From a virus (Duplodnaviria > Caudoviricetes): a stretch of 59,591 nucleotides of DNA. This document shows, piece after piece, positions 1 to 8,136 of this stretch. Under the pieces are notes generated by a model. The model ran no database searches, had not been told where the DNA came from, and saw only the letters and a program-made list of their open reading frames with translations. Both the position numbers and the translations under genes were made by a program. Within the stretch, counting starts at the first letter, position 1; each line of letters starts with the position of its first letter. The stretch covers positions 1-59,591 of IMG/VR virus record IMGVR_UViG_3300049166_000062. One strand, 5' to 3'.

Positions 1-1248
1 TCATTTATCTTTTCGCGCTGACGCGAGGGTGTCGCGGGTCCAACGGTTTCCAATTCGGACCGACGGTTTCCAATTCGCGTTCTGTTCCTGTTCCAGCGCG
101 ACCGGGCGGACATCCTTCCACCGGTTCTCCAAAAGCTTCATTCCGTTCCTCGCCAGTGCCTTCAAACTGACCTCGCGGCCGTAGTGGCGAACCATTTGTT
201 CGCTCATGTTGACGATGGCCCCGACCTCAGCTTCGGTGCAGCCGACCTCGAGCAGGGCGATCACCGCGTTCTTCCGGAGACCATGGAAAACGAGCCGTTC
301 CTCACGGAATCGCTTGAAAGGTTCGGTATCCATTAGACGCTGCCATTCGGACCTGAAGCCATCCGTGGTTTCGTACGGCAGGCCCTTGAGGCCGAGGTGG
401 AGCTGAACGCTGTCACCCTTCGGTGCTTTGTCGATCCATTTCCGATATTCGCTGTGGACCGGGATCCACACTGTGTTCTTGGTCTTCTGGGCGCGGACCT
501 CGATCAGACCGTCTCGGGGCCGCGGCATCATCAGAACATCGCCCTGGCGTTGACCAGTGAAGAAAGCCGAGACGGCCGGCAGCAGCAGGAAGAACGGGGC
601 GTGCTCGACAAGAACCTCGAATGCCCATTCCGGCCAGGGCTTCCAAGGCTCGCCGCCGGGTATCTTTTCGGTGTGCTCGACGGGGTTGGTGAGACTGAAG
701 CCCCGCGGTATCCCCCAGGCCACGAGGCGCGACAGGTAGGCCCGGAACTGATTCGCAGTCGCCGGCGTCTCGCCAAGGGCATCGATCGCCTGCTGCGCAT
801 CAACGGTGGTCAGTTCGCTCGGAAGATCAAAGCCCCATGCCGCCTTCACCATGGCGGCGGATGCCCGATAGCCGCGCTGCGTCGAGTCAGCGAGTGATGT
901 GAAGGCTTCATGCTCTTCGAAGGCGTCTATCAGTGCCGTGAAATCTTTCGCGTCGCCGTGATCCCGTTTCTGCTTGGCGGCGTAGGTTTTCCGTGCAGCC
1001 GGCCAAAAGCCCTTGTCACGGTGATCCGGCAATTCGACGCCATAGAGCGCCCAGGTGGCACCGTTGCGTTCCAGCATGTCGCAGATCGCGACTGCGCTGG
1101 CGAAATCACCGTGCAAAGGCTCCGGCAGGGCAATGGACGGCCACGCCTGCGGCGTGTTCCGGTATCGGGTGTAGAAGGTATAGACGGTCTCGCCACCGCT
1201 CTTGCGGCGCTTTGTGACGCGATGAACGTGCCGCGGCAGCTCAACCAC
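1..1248 (-). CDS. int: Tyrosine recombinase / phage integrase
   Basis: Catalytic motifs TGQRQGD (R), AQKTK (K), FHGLRK (HxxR), MVRHY (Y). Likely GTG start at 1248 overlaps the stop of the upstream xis-like gene. Confidence 0.93.
   Translation of the reverse strand: MVELPRHVHRVTKRRKSGGETVYTFYTRYRNTPQAWPSIALPEPLHGDFASAVAICDMLERNGATWALYGVELPDHRDKGFWPAARKTYAAKQKRDHGDAKDFTALIDAFEEHEAFTSLADSTQRGYRASAAMVKAAWGFDLPSELTTVDAQQAIDALGETPATANQFRAYLSRLVAWGIPRGFSLTNPVEHTEKIPGGEPWKPWPEWAFEVLVEHAPFFLLLPAVSAFFTGQRQGDVLMMPRPRDGLIEVRAQKTKNTVWIPVHSEYRKWIDKAPKGDSVQLHLGLKGLPYETTDGFRSEWQRLMDTEPFKRFREERLVFHGLRKNAVIALLEVGCTEAEVGAIVNMSEQMVRHYGREVSLKALARNGMKLLENRWKDVRPVALEQEQNANWKPSVRIGNRWTRDTLASARKDK
41..80. repeat. 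Tandem 20-bp direct repeat in int 3' end, candidate arm-type integrase sites
   Basis: ACGGTTTCCAATTCG at 43-57 and 63-77, next to the expected att junction. Confidence 0.55.
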
Positions 1249-1507
1249 GCCGCTTTTCCCCGAGCGAGCCAACGAACCGGTCTCCCATTCCGGTCGGCCG
1301 CTCCGAGATGCCCAGCGACCGATCAAGGTCGGGACGATACCAGAATTTCCGTCGTGTGGTTTCGACCCAGCGGGGCTGTGGATAAGTCGAGCCGACGCGC
1401 AGGAGGAAATCCTCGACGTGCTTCTCGCCGCAATAGGCTGCGGCGAGGTCCGCGTTCATGCGGGGCGGCCAGGTGTCCGGAGGAAGGTGAGAAGGCCGGC
1501 GCGGCAT
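1241..1507 (-). CDS. xis: Excisionase/AlpA-like DNA-binding protein
   Basis: 88 aa directly upstream of int; AAAYCG...YPQP...WYRPDLD winged-helix pattern. Confidence 0.7.
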   Translation of the reverse strand: MPRRPSHLPPDTWPPRMNADLAAAYCGEKHVEDFLLRVGSTYPQPRWVETTRRKFWYRPDLDRSLGISERPTGMGDRFVGSLGEKRRG

Positions 1508-1911
1508 CAGACGTCGAATCCCTCCAACCAGAGCCGGTACCGGCGGTCGACTTCATGGAAGGCGGCGGCCGCGGCAGCCTCGTGGTCGAGATCGACCCGG
1601 CTCTTGATGCCGCATTGCTCGCGCAGCCAGATCGCGGCTTCATCGGACGAGCGGACCCCGGCGAATGTCCAGAAGCCCTTTTCGCCGCAGATGATCCCGG
1701 CGCGCTGGGCGAGGGGGCCGCCTTTGCGATCGGCCTCTGGAGCCGGCGTGTTGATTTTTTCGACCGGTTTGGAGGCCGGCGCGACGACATCGATGACGAG
1801 CTGATCGCCCTCCACGCGGATTTGCCAGGAATCGCAGTCGCCGACATCCGGCAGCAGCGCGGAGACAGCATCGGCGATGGTGAAGGTGTGGCGGTGAACG
1901 AGCTGGGTCAT
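1507..1911 (-). CDS. Hypothetical phage protein
   Basis: 134 aa, TGATG-coupled to xis; LREQCGIKSRVDLD motif typical of phage proteins. Confidence 0.75.
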   Translation of the reverse strand: MTQLVHRHTFTIADAVSALLPDVGDCDSWQIRVEGDQLVIDVVAPASKPVEKINTPAPEADRKGGPLAQRAGIICGEKGFWTFAGVRSSDEAAIWLREQCGIKSRVDLDHEAAAAAAFHEVDRRYRLWLEGFDV

Positions 1912-2225
1912 AGACCGACCTTAGTCTCGTGCTTGCCTACCGCGACGGACAGGTCGATCATTTCTGAATGCGACTCACTATTGGAGGTTTGCATGAAAAA
2001 AATCACCGCGAGAAATCTCACACGAGACGAATGGGAGTGGCTGAAACGTCTTAGCGATGGCGGCGTCGCCACTCGGAGGATGACAGCGCAAATGGCGGAC
2101 AGGCTAAAGCGGCTTGGACTGGCTGAGCATTGGAACGGGGGCACTGTGATCAGCCAGGAAGGTAGACGGATCGTCGCCGAGGTAATTGCAAGCCGGAGAG
2201 CCGGAATTCTAGCGTAGGCAGTCAC
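1908..2225 (-). other. Bridge ORF A, antisense to moron 1993-2217
   Basis: GTGA overlap with the stop of 2222-2455 and ATGA overlap with the start of 1507-1911; translation unproven. Confidence 0.5.
1993..2217 (+). CDS. Small opposite-strand moron protein, winged-helix-like (MKKITARNLTRDEWEWL...)
   Basis: GGAGG SD upstream of ATG 1993; 74 aa; oriented against the left operon. Confidence 0.7.
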   Translation: MKKITARNLTRDEWEWLKRLSDGGVATRRMTAQMADRLKRLGLAEHWNGGTVISQEGRRIVAEVIASRRAGILA

Positions 2226-2455
2226 GGCGCGTCCCCGTATTCTTCGGAAACCAACCAGGTCTGGCTATTCGCCGGCAGGCCGAAGAGGCTGTCGCCGGCC
2301 TCCGCGAGACCGCCCTCCCTCTGGACGGCCTGCATGATGGTATCCGGAACGTTCTGGTGCGGCTCCTCGAACCACCACACCCGGCGGCCCTCCAGGAATT
2401 GCATGTGGATCTGATCGCCGGCACGGAGACGGGCGATGACAGCGGCGGTATTCAT
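2222..2455 (-). CDS. Hypothetical phage protein
   Basis: 77 aa, GAGGTG SD, coupled on both sides. Confidence 0.7.
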   Translation of the reverse strand: MNTAAVIARLRAGDQIHMQFLEGRRVWWFEEPHQNVPDTIMQAVQREGGLAEAGDSLFGLPANSQTWLVSEEYGDAP

Positions 2456-2470
2456 ATCGCCACCTCATTC

Positions 2471-2496
2471 GGAACAACGCGTACTCCCGAATGGTT
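2471..2496 (+). promoter_or_regulatory. EcfG/RpoE2-type promoter GGAAC-N17-GGTT
   Basis: GGAAC 2471-2475 and GGTT 2493-2496, 30 nt upstream of ATG 2527. Confidence 0.55.
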
Positions 2497-2526
2497 GTCA
2501 CCAAAACCGACGAAAGGTGAACCGCC

Positions 2527-2592
2527 ATGGCTGATACCAAAAAGAAGGCCGATAGCGATGCGCGACCGAAGAACAAGCCGATCGTCGAGTGA
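2527..2592 (+). CDS. 21-aa hydrophilic micro-protein MADTKKKADSDARPKNKPIVE
   Basis: AAGGTGA SD; lies directly after the ECF-type promoter; below the ORF-track cutoff. Confidence 0.45.
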   Translation: MADTKKKADSDARPKNKPIVE

Positions 2593-2602
2593 AGGACGTC
2601 TG

Positions 2603-2749
2603 ATGCAACATCCGCAACCGATCCCGCCGCAGCCGATTCCGCCGCAGCCAATTCCACCGGACCCATTCCCCGGGCCAGGACCGGCGCGGGATCCTCTGCC
2701 TGAACCGACGCCTCCGCCCGGGCCACGTCCGGTGCCGCCTGTGAGGTAA
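2603..2749 (+). CDS. 48-aa proline-rich micro-protein with PQPIP x3
   Basis: AAGGA SD, ATG 2603; the 15-bp repeat units differ only at synonymous positions, which suggests coding. Confidence 0.55.
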   Translation: MQHPQPIPPQPIPPQPIPPDPFPGPGPARDPLPEPTPPPGPRPVPPVR

Positions 2750-2785
2750 CGATGGACCATGGGGGCGGAGAACGGGATGGGACGG

Positions 2786-3199
2786 TCAGCCACGCTCGCC
2801 TCCCCACCTGATCCCGTAAGCATCGAACGGGAAGAACACATGGCGACTGTCATCGGCGGGGTCATTATCGTAGTCGATCGCCGAGATCAGCTTGAGACCA
2901 TCAACGAACGGCGCGAAGGCGCGGTAGGTGGCGGCGCCGCCGGCGATCCAGAATGGCCATCCCAGGAATTGGCGCTCGAGCAATGCAAGAAACTTGGCGG
3001 GGTCTTCGCGCTGCCAGCACACCAGTTCGCGGCGGGGAAGAACCTGGACCGTTTCCCAGGTGCGGTAGCCGGCGATCACCACACCGCCGATCGTGATGTC
3101 ACGAAACATGCGGAGATCGTGAGGCTCGGCCCACGGCAGGAAACCATCGCGGCCGATCTGGCCACGCTTCCCGACTGCGGCGATGAGATTGACGGTCAT
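2786..3199 (-). CDS. folA: Dihydrofolate reductase
   Basis: LIAAV..GQIG..G.LPW...DL..F...T...VIAGYRTWE and WIAGGAATY motifs. Confidence 0.88.
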   Translation of the reverse strand: MTVNLIAAVGKRGQIGRDGFLPWAEPHDLRMFRDITIGGVVIAGYRTWETVQVLPRRELVCWQREDPAKFLALLERQFLGWPFWIAGGAATYRAFAPFVDGLKLISAIDYDNDPADDSRHVFFPFDAYGIRWGGERG

Positions 3200-3378
3200 T
3201 TGTCGAGGACCTCGCGGTAGCCGACTATATCGTCACTCAGGCCAGTGTGTTCCCAGCGGAGATCGCCGGCGATCCTGACCTTGGATTCGATGCCGTCGCG
3301 ATAGGTAACGTAAACTCGGGCTTCTGGCTCGACCGGGCAGGGCCCGCCAGCCCACGGCTTGAACTCGGTTTTCTGCAT
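3196..3378 (-). CDS. Small phage protein with W-x-GG-x-CPV...RDG...W-x-H...DIVxY domain
   Basis: GAGGGAG SD, 60 aa, ATGA-coupled to DHFR; paralog of the C-terminus of 10728-11078. Confidence 0.75.
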   Translation of the reverse strand: MQKTEFKPWAGGPCPVEPEARVYVTYRDGIESKVRIAGDLRWEHTGLSDDIVGYREVLDK

Positions 3379-3403
3379 CAGATATCTCCCTCTTGTGCAG
3401 GCG

Positions 3404-3991
3404 TCAGCCCAACTCCGCCAAGGCGACTTTGCGGGCTGCGTTGATCTTTGCCATCTGTTCGGACGAGCCGCCCTGCTTGTCGGGATGGGACTCCTTTGCC
3501 TTGTCACGGAAGGCCGATTCGATCTGGTCGCGCGTCGCCGTCTTCGGAACGCCGAGGATTTCGGACCAGTGCGAGCCGGCCGGTGCCGGCAAGGCCAAGA
3601 AGCTCTTGAAAGTTTGCCGGACGATGGCGAGGCCGCCATATCGGAGCTCCGTTCGACGGGCCTCAATGATGTGATGGATTGCCTGCACATTCGAGGCGGC
3701 ATCGTTGAAGCGGTCGACGCCAAAAGCAACCCATTGGCCATCCATCTGGAACCAGGCGGCGACACCGGGATCGTTGTCCAGCATGCGCCCCATGAGATCG
3801 ACATTCGACGACAGGACGGGATGTTCGACACGGAGGCCGCTGTCCTTCTGAAATCCCTGCAGGCTTTTGACGACGTTCTCCAAAGCCTTTCCGTAGCCGG
3901 TGCGGAATGGTGACCGGACGCGGCGTAAGGCAGTCGTGCGCGGCATCCCTTGGGGCCACTGTAGTGGGTATGGAGCGATTGTCTTGGTCAT
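3404..3991 (-). CDS. J-domain (DnaJ-type) protein
   Basis: C-terminal ILGV...IESAFR..AKESHPDKQGGS..MAKINAA with an intact HPD motif. Confidence 0.88.
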   Translation of the reverse strand: MTKTIAPYPLQWPQGMPRTTALRRVRSPFRTGYGKALENVVKSLQGFQKDSGLRVEHPVLSSNVDLMGRMLDNDPGVAAWFQMDGQWVAFGVDRFNDAASNVQAIHHIIEARRTELRYGGLAIVRQTFKSFLALPAPAGSHWSEILGVPKTATRDQIESAFRDKAKESHPDKQGGSSEQMAKINAARKVALAELG

Positions 3992-4001
3992 CTAAATTCC
4001 C

Positions 4002-4184
4002 TCACGCCAAGGTCTGGTGGCGATCGCATCTGTGATCCTCAAAGGTTTTTCGTTCGGCATCAGGCTTGTCGCTGGCCTCGGCAGTGCAGCAGCCGAAGGG
4101 CGCCTCAAACCAGGCGTGGCCCCAGTGCAGGCATGTGCCGCAGCTGGGCCTCGGGCGCGGCGCAAGGGCGACGACTTCACCCAT
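4002..4184 (-). CDS. Small Cys/His-rich protein
   Basis: 60 aa, CGTCLHW...CC...CDRH; TGATG-coupled to the exonuclease. Confidence 0.6.
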   Translation of the reverse strand: MGEVVALAPRPRPSCGTCLHWGHAWFEAPFGCCTAEASDKPDAERKTFEDHRCDRHQTLA

Positions 4185-5401
4185 CAGACCCGCCCCATCT
4201 CGTTGCGCCAGGCATCAGGATCGACGGCGGGCGTGGCCTTCTGCTGATCGGGCGCGCTGCCATTGGCGCGCTTGGCGAGCTCAATCCGCGCGGTGTGGAC
4301 GACATCCTCCCGCTTCGGATCCTGCGGCATGTTCGACTTGTTGACGATCGAGTTGAGGTAGTCCCACGGGATTTCCGGGAACGTCTTGCCGGCGTGCTCA
4401 CCGAAATCAATCTTCCGCAGCAGGACCGGATTGCGCGTGATCTCAAGCATCTCGTCGATGCTGAGCACTTTCAGCAGATCGAGGAGAATCGCCGCAGTAA
4501 CCCAGGTGTCAGGACCGGCGCGGTGGCTGGGTTCCGTACGCGGATCTCCCAGGCAAAGCCCACGTTCGTAGCGGATAGAGCCGTTGCCGTGGCTCTGCAG
4601 GTCGGGCCAGGCGGTGCGGGCGCATTTGAAGGTGCACAACCAAGGGGCTTTGTGACCGCGAATGAAGCGGCCGTCAAAGGCCGCGTTATGGGCGCAGAGT
4701 AGATCTGCCCCTTGCGCAACCAAGGCCCGCGCTTCGTCCGGGTTGATACCTGTCGCGGCTTCCGCCTCGGAAATGTGGTGCACGGCCATCGCCGGGTATG
4801 AAATGGGAATCCCAGGGCTAACGAGGCGGCTATGCGGGCCACTTTCGATGACCCATCCTTCGGGAAACAGCCGAACGTCAGTCCATCCCACTTCCACGAT
4901 CTCTGCCGGATCGTCGATGCCCGTAGACTCGACATCGACCACTCTGATCAAGGTGAGGAGGTCAGCCATTTTGGGCTCCTGAGTCACGGCTACCCATCGG
5001 CCAGCAGCGCCTCGGGTCATGCCAAGCGTCCCGTGCCTTACGATGTCGGCATAGTTGGAGGCATAAGTATCCCAGCGCAGATTGCTTAGGCGGTTGTTGG
5101 AACGGTCACGGTCGCCGTGGCAACCGGCATATCCCTCGGGCTTAGGTCCAATAAACGCGGTCAAAACAACCGAGTGGAGGGCAAACGTTTTTCCGCACAA
5201 GCGGACGGTATAATAGCCGTTTGACCCTTTGCTGGGTGTTAACATCTTGTCGACGGTTGTCTTGACGACCTTGTCGACACGACCATCGTTCAGCTTGCGG
5301 GTGTAGGTGAAAGTCCGCCCGATGCTTCGGACGCGCCCTTCGCTTGAGACTTCGTATCGGCCCTCGTAGCCGACGACAGGACGCCATTGCTCATCAGCCA
5401 T
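4184..5401 (-). CDS. In-frame NUMOD4-HNH endonuclease fused to DEDDh 3'-5' exonuclease (ExoX-like); internal start at 4969
   Basis: WRPVVGYEGRYEVSSEGRVRS (NUMOD4) and CHGDRDRSNNRLSNLRW (HNH), then VVDVESTG, AHNAAFD, HRAGPD (DEDDh). Second SD CAGGAG before ATG 4969. Confidence 0.85.
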   Translation of the reverse strand: MADEQWRPVVGYEGRYEVSSEGRVRSIGRTFTYTRKLNDGRVDKVVKTTVDKMLTPSKGSNGYYTVRLCGKTFALHSVVLTAFIGPKPEGYAGCHGDRDRSNNRLSNLRWDTYASNYADIVRHGTLGMTRGAAGRWVAVTQEPKMADLLTLIRVVDVESTGIDDPAEIVEVGWTDVRLFPEGWVIESGPHSRLVSPGIPISYPAMAVHHISEAEAATGINPDEARALVAQGADLLCAHNAAFDGRFIRGHKAPWLCTFKCARTAWPDLQSHGNGSIRYERGLCLGDPRTEPSHRAGPDTWVTAAILLDLLKVLSIDEMLEITRNPVLLRKIDFGEHAGKTFPEIPWDYLNSIVNKSNMPQDPKREDVVHTARIELAKRANGSAPDQQKATPAVDPDAWRNEMGRV

Positions 5402-6059
5402 TGCCGCCTCCGTCGATGAGTGCAAACAGCGAAGAGGCCGTCGACGCGAAATCGCGGTGCAGGATCGCGACGCCGCCTGCAGCGGTCCACGCGCCTGTGT
5501 TCTTTTCCCAATCATCGATCAGGATGTCACCCGGCGCGTGCATGAACAGCGGCTTGTGACGGCCGCCCATGACAGGGAGAATCGTCGCCGTGAGGGAAAG
5601 ATGCTCGCGCACCCAGTCGCGCTTCTGGCCGGCGACATGCGGGTAATTTGATTTCGGGCAGGCCGTCAGAACAATCGGCTCAAGATGCTCAATCGACCGG
5701 AAGAATTCGACCGCGCCGGCGCAAGGCGGCATATCCCGGAAGTAGGAGGGGTGACCATTGATGGTCGACCACATGTCGTCATCAGCTAGACCGCGGTGGT
5801 CGAGCCCGAACGTCGCCGGGAAATGGGCGTCGAAGTCAGCCATGACGCCGTCGAGGTCCAGATACACTCGGCAGGCTGACGCCTCATCCGCCTCACGCTC
5901 GAGACGGCTAAGCAAGATCCGGAGTTCGTCCGACTTGCGGATCGTCTCTCGCGAAATCAGGCCGCCGTTCCCGCCCCGGCCGTCGATACCGCTGTCATCG
6001 AACGATACCGCATCGATAAGTTCTTGGGCTGCGCGCACGATATCCTGAATGGTCTTCAT
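5394..6059 (-). CDS. HAD-family 5'(3')-deoxyribonucleotidase with N-terminal extension
   Basis: VYLDLDGVMADF, VLTACP, K..WV, ILIDD motifs. Confidence 0.85.
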   Translation of the reverse strand: MKTIQDIVRAAQELIDAVSFDDSGIDGRGGNGGLISRETIRKSDELRILLSRLEREADEASACRVYLDLDGVMADFDAHFPATFGLDHRGLADDDMWSTINGHPSYFRDMPPCAGAVEFFRSIEHLEPIVLTACPKSNYPHVAGQKRDWVREHLSLTATILPVMGGRHKPLFMHAPGDILIDDWEKNTGAWTAAGGVAILHRDFASTASSLFALIDGGGNG

Positions 6060-6208
6060 GACGCCCTCACCACCTTGACCTTGGCGATGATCCGCCCAGC
6101 GGCCTGCCTCATCGCGACGACGCGCGCGGCTGTCGGCGTGACCGCTTCGACCTCAAGAATCGAACCGTCCGAGAAATGGACACGGAACTTCAGCAGCGGC
6201 GCGTTCAT
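6056..6208 (-). CDS. Small hypothetical protein (MNAPLLKFRVHFSDGS...)
   Basis: 50 aa, ATGA overlaps at both ends. Confidence 0.65.
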   Translation of the reverse strand: MNAPLLKFRVHFSDGSILEVEAVTPTAARVVAMRQAAGRIIAKVKVVRAS

Positions 6209-6585
6209 GCCGACACCATCTTGTCCTCGACGCTGCCGCCGCCGGCGACATGCGCGTCAACGATGGCCTTCGCCTCGTCGGCTGTCATCGGCTGCCCGTC
6301 GTCATCGGACCCGGCAAAGCTCTCTGGATGCGCCAGCATGTCGGCATAGGCCGGCGCGCATGGTTCGCAGAGATAGACGTCGCTGCCCCTGTGATAGCGG
6401 TCGCCTTCAAAGATCGGCTCGCCGCATTCGCAGTGTCCGATAAAGGTTCCGCAATCGGTCTCGACATCGTCGAGGCGTTGCATCGCTGCGTGATACCGAT
6501 CATCCGTCGGGGCGACCAGCGCAGCGCGCTCGGCCTCGATCGCGTCCAGCTCGGCCTTCGCCGTCTTCCATGCTTCCCTGCTCAT
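6205..6585 (-). CDS. Hypothetical protein with CxC...CxxC zinc motif
   Basis: HCECGEPI...LCEPC; ATGA-coupled. Confidence 0.7.
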   Translation of the reverse strand: MSREAWKTAKAELDAIEAERAALVAPTDDRYHAAMQRLDDVETDCGTFIGHCECGEPIFEGDRYHRGSDVYLCEPCAPAYADMLAHPESFAGSDDDGQPMTADEAKAIVDAHVAGGGSVEDKMVSA

Positions 6586-6929
6586 GACGCCGCCCTCGAC
6601 TTCACTGCGCGCGGAACGAGGCGCTCGACCGGAGCTTCCGGCGGCTTCGCGCCTGCGACGAGGATGCGATCGTTGGCGGTGAAGCCTTCGATGCAGATCC
6701 GGGCCTGGCGAAGCTCCTCCGTCAGCTCCGCGATCCTCTCCCGGTGCGCGGCTTCCCGGTCGGCGATTTCTTGCTCGATCCGGATCTCGTCAGCCCGGAA
6801 AATGTCGAGCGACTGGCCGACAGCGGCCAGCGAGCGCTCGATCCGGGACCGGTGCTCGACCTCCGGCGCGATCTCCTCCGGGGAGAGGTCGATCGCCGGC
6901 CCGAAGACATGCTTCCGAGGCCAACCCAT
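6582..6929 (-). CDS. Hypothetical coiled-coil protein
   Basis: 115 aa, heptad-rich, coupled to neighbours. Confidence 0.7.
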   Translation of the reverse strand: MGWPRKHVFGPAIDLSPEEIAPEVEHRSRIERSLAAVGQSLDIFRADEIRIEQEIADREAAHRERIAELTEELRQARICIEGFTANDRILVAGAKPPEAPVERLVPRAVKSRAAS

Positions 6930-6933
6930 CGCC

Positions 6934-8106
6934 TCAGCCCTCCTCGCCGGGTTGCCTTTCGGCGTCCCCGGTGTCGAAGCCAGCCAGGTAGGCCTCCATC
7001 AGCTGCTCGTCCTTTCGGAACTCCGCCGGCATCGCCTTGCGGCTCATGCCTTTGTGGCGAGCCTCGGCGCCGCGCTTCCTGGCTTCGGCATAGAGATCGC
7101 CGTCGCCCGACGGGGAGGAGGATTCGCCGGGCGACGGCTGTTTGGCGGTGTCAGCGGGGGAGGAGGTTTCCGCTTTGCCGCCTTCATCGGAGCCCGGGGA
7201 GGAGGTCGGGTCCGATTTCTTCGCCGCGTCACCCTTGGGCTGGTCGGCGGTTTTTTTCTTGTCCTCACCTTCACTGGCGAGCTGATCGAGCTTTCCCTTC
7301 AGATCGGCCGGCTTATCGCCGGCGGGCTTCTGAACCGGGAACATCTCCTCGACGGTCGCTTCGCCGCTCTTCAGAGCGGAGTGCATGCCGATCAGGGTCG
7401 ACATGTGTTCGAGCGTGATATCGTCGAGGCCGTTGATCTCCAGAACCGCGAACACCCGCTCCGGGGTGACGCCGAAGGCCGCGAAAGCCTTCATGGCTTC
7501 GGCGCGACGTTCCACCAGCGTCTTGATGTCCCCAGCGATCACGCGCTCAACCGCGGTATAGGCTTTGCGCCAGACCGCCTTCGGGACGCCGCCCAGGATC
7601 GCGTTGCGCTTCGCGATCGACGACGCCGCGTTGCCGGTAACGATGATCATGTCCTCGGTGAGCAGCCGGCCGCCCTTGTCGGAGATCCGCCGGCGAACTC
7701 GGGATGTGATCGCGGCGTTGGTCTCCAGATCATGGAAGACCCCCTCGGCCTCGACATACTTCTCGATCTTGTCGACATGCACGATGCGGGTGCCGACCCG
7801 GTTGTTGCCCCATTGGGATTGGATGATTTCGGCAAGCCGGATCGATGGCCCCTTGATCGGTTTCCCACCGCGCGGCAGCGCATAGACGCATTCCGCTGCG
7901 GTTTCCTCGTCGAGCGTGGCGAGCGTCAGGATGTTCTTCACGGCCTGGTCCACGCTGCGCGGGTAGGCGTGTGCTGTGGTAACCTGCTGGTCGACTTCCG
8001 CCATGGCGATCGAGACCGCCAGGCTCTGGTTGCCGGTCTGGTAGCCGGCAGGCAGGCCGCTGATGACCTCGCCAGTCTCGCTGTCGTGGGGCGTCATCTC
8101 GTTCAT
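6934..8106 (-). CDS. Conserved phage protein, putative single-strand annealing recombinase partner of YqaJ
   Basis: AYPRS...YALPRGGKPIKGPSIRLAE...WGN motif; CAGGAG SD; sits in the usual RecT/ERF slot. Function is inferred. Confidence 0.6.
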   Translation of the reverse strand: MNEMTPHDSETGEVISGLPAGYQTGNQSLAVSIAMAEVDQQVTTAHAYPRSVDQAVKNILTLATLDEETAAECVYALPRGGKPIKGPSIRLAEIIQSQWGNNRVGTRIVHVDKIEKYVEAEGVFHDLETNAAITSRVRRRISDKGGRLLTEDMIIVTGNAASSIAKRNAILGGVPKAVWRKAYTAVERVIAGDIKTLVERRAEAMKAFAAFGVTPERVFAVLEINGLDDITLEHMSTLIGMHSALKSGEATVEEMFPVQKPAGDKPADLKGKLDQLASEGEDKKKTADQPKGDAAKKSDPTSSPGSDEGGKAETSSPADTAKQPSPGESSSPSGDGDLYAEARKRGAEARHKGMSRKAMPAEFRKDEQLMEAYLAGFDTGDAERQPGEEG

Positions 8107-8136
8107 GGTCGTCTCCTGTGTGGGAATGCGAAAAGG

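Larger units (their letters stand above)
2452..2793 (-). other. Bridge ORF B; begins with a phage-protein N-terminus (MADRPIPFSAPMV), then runs antisense over two micro-ORFs
   Basis: GTG 2793 overlaps the DHFR stop; ends in an ATGA overlap with the 2455 start. N-terminus resembles the common RPILFSAPMVRA phage family, apparently interrupted. Confidence 0.5.

Noticed and set aside
910-1992. N-terminal 361 codons of ORF 910-2217
   Set aside because: Overlaps int, xis and 1507-1911 on the other strand; the real gene starts at ATG 1993 with a GGAGG SD.
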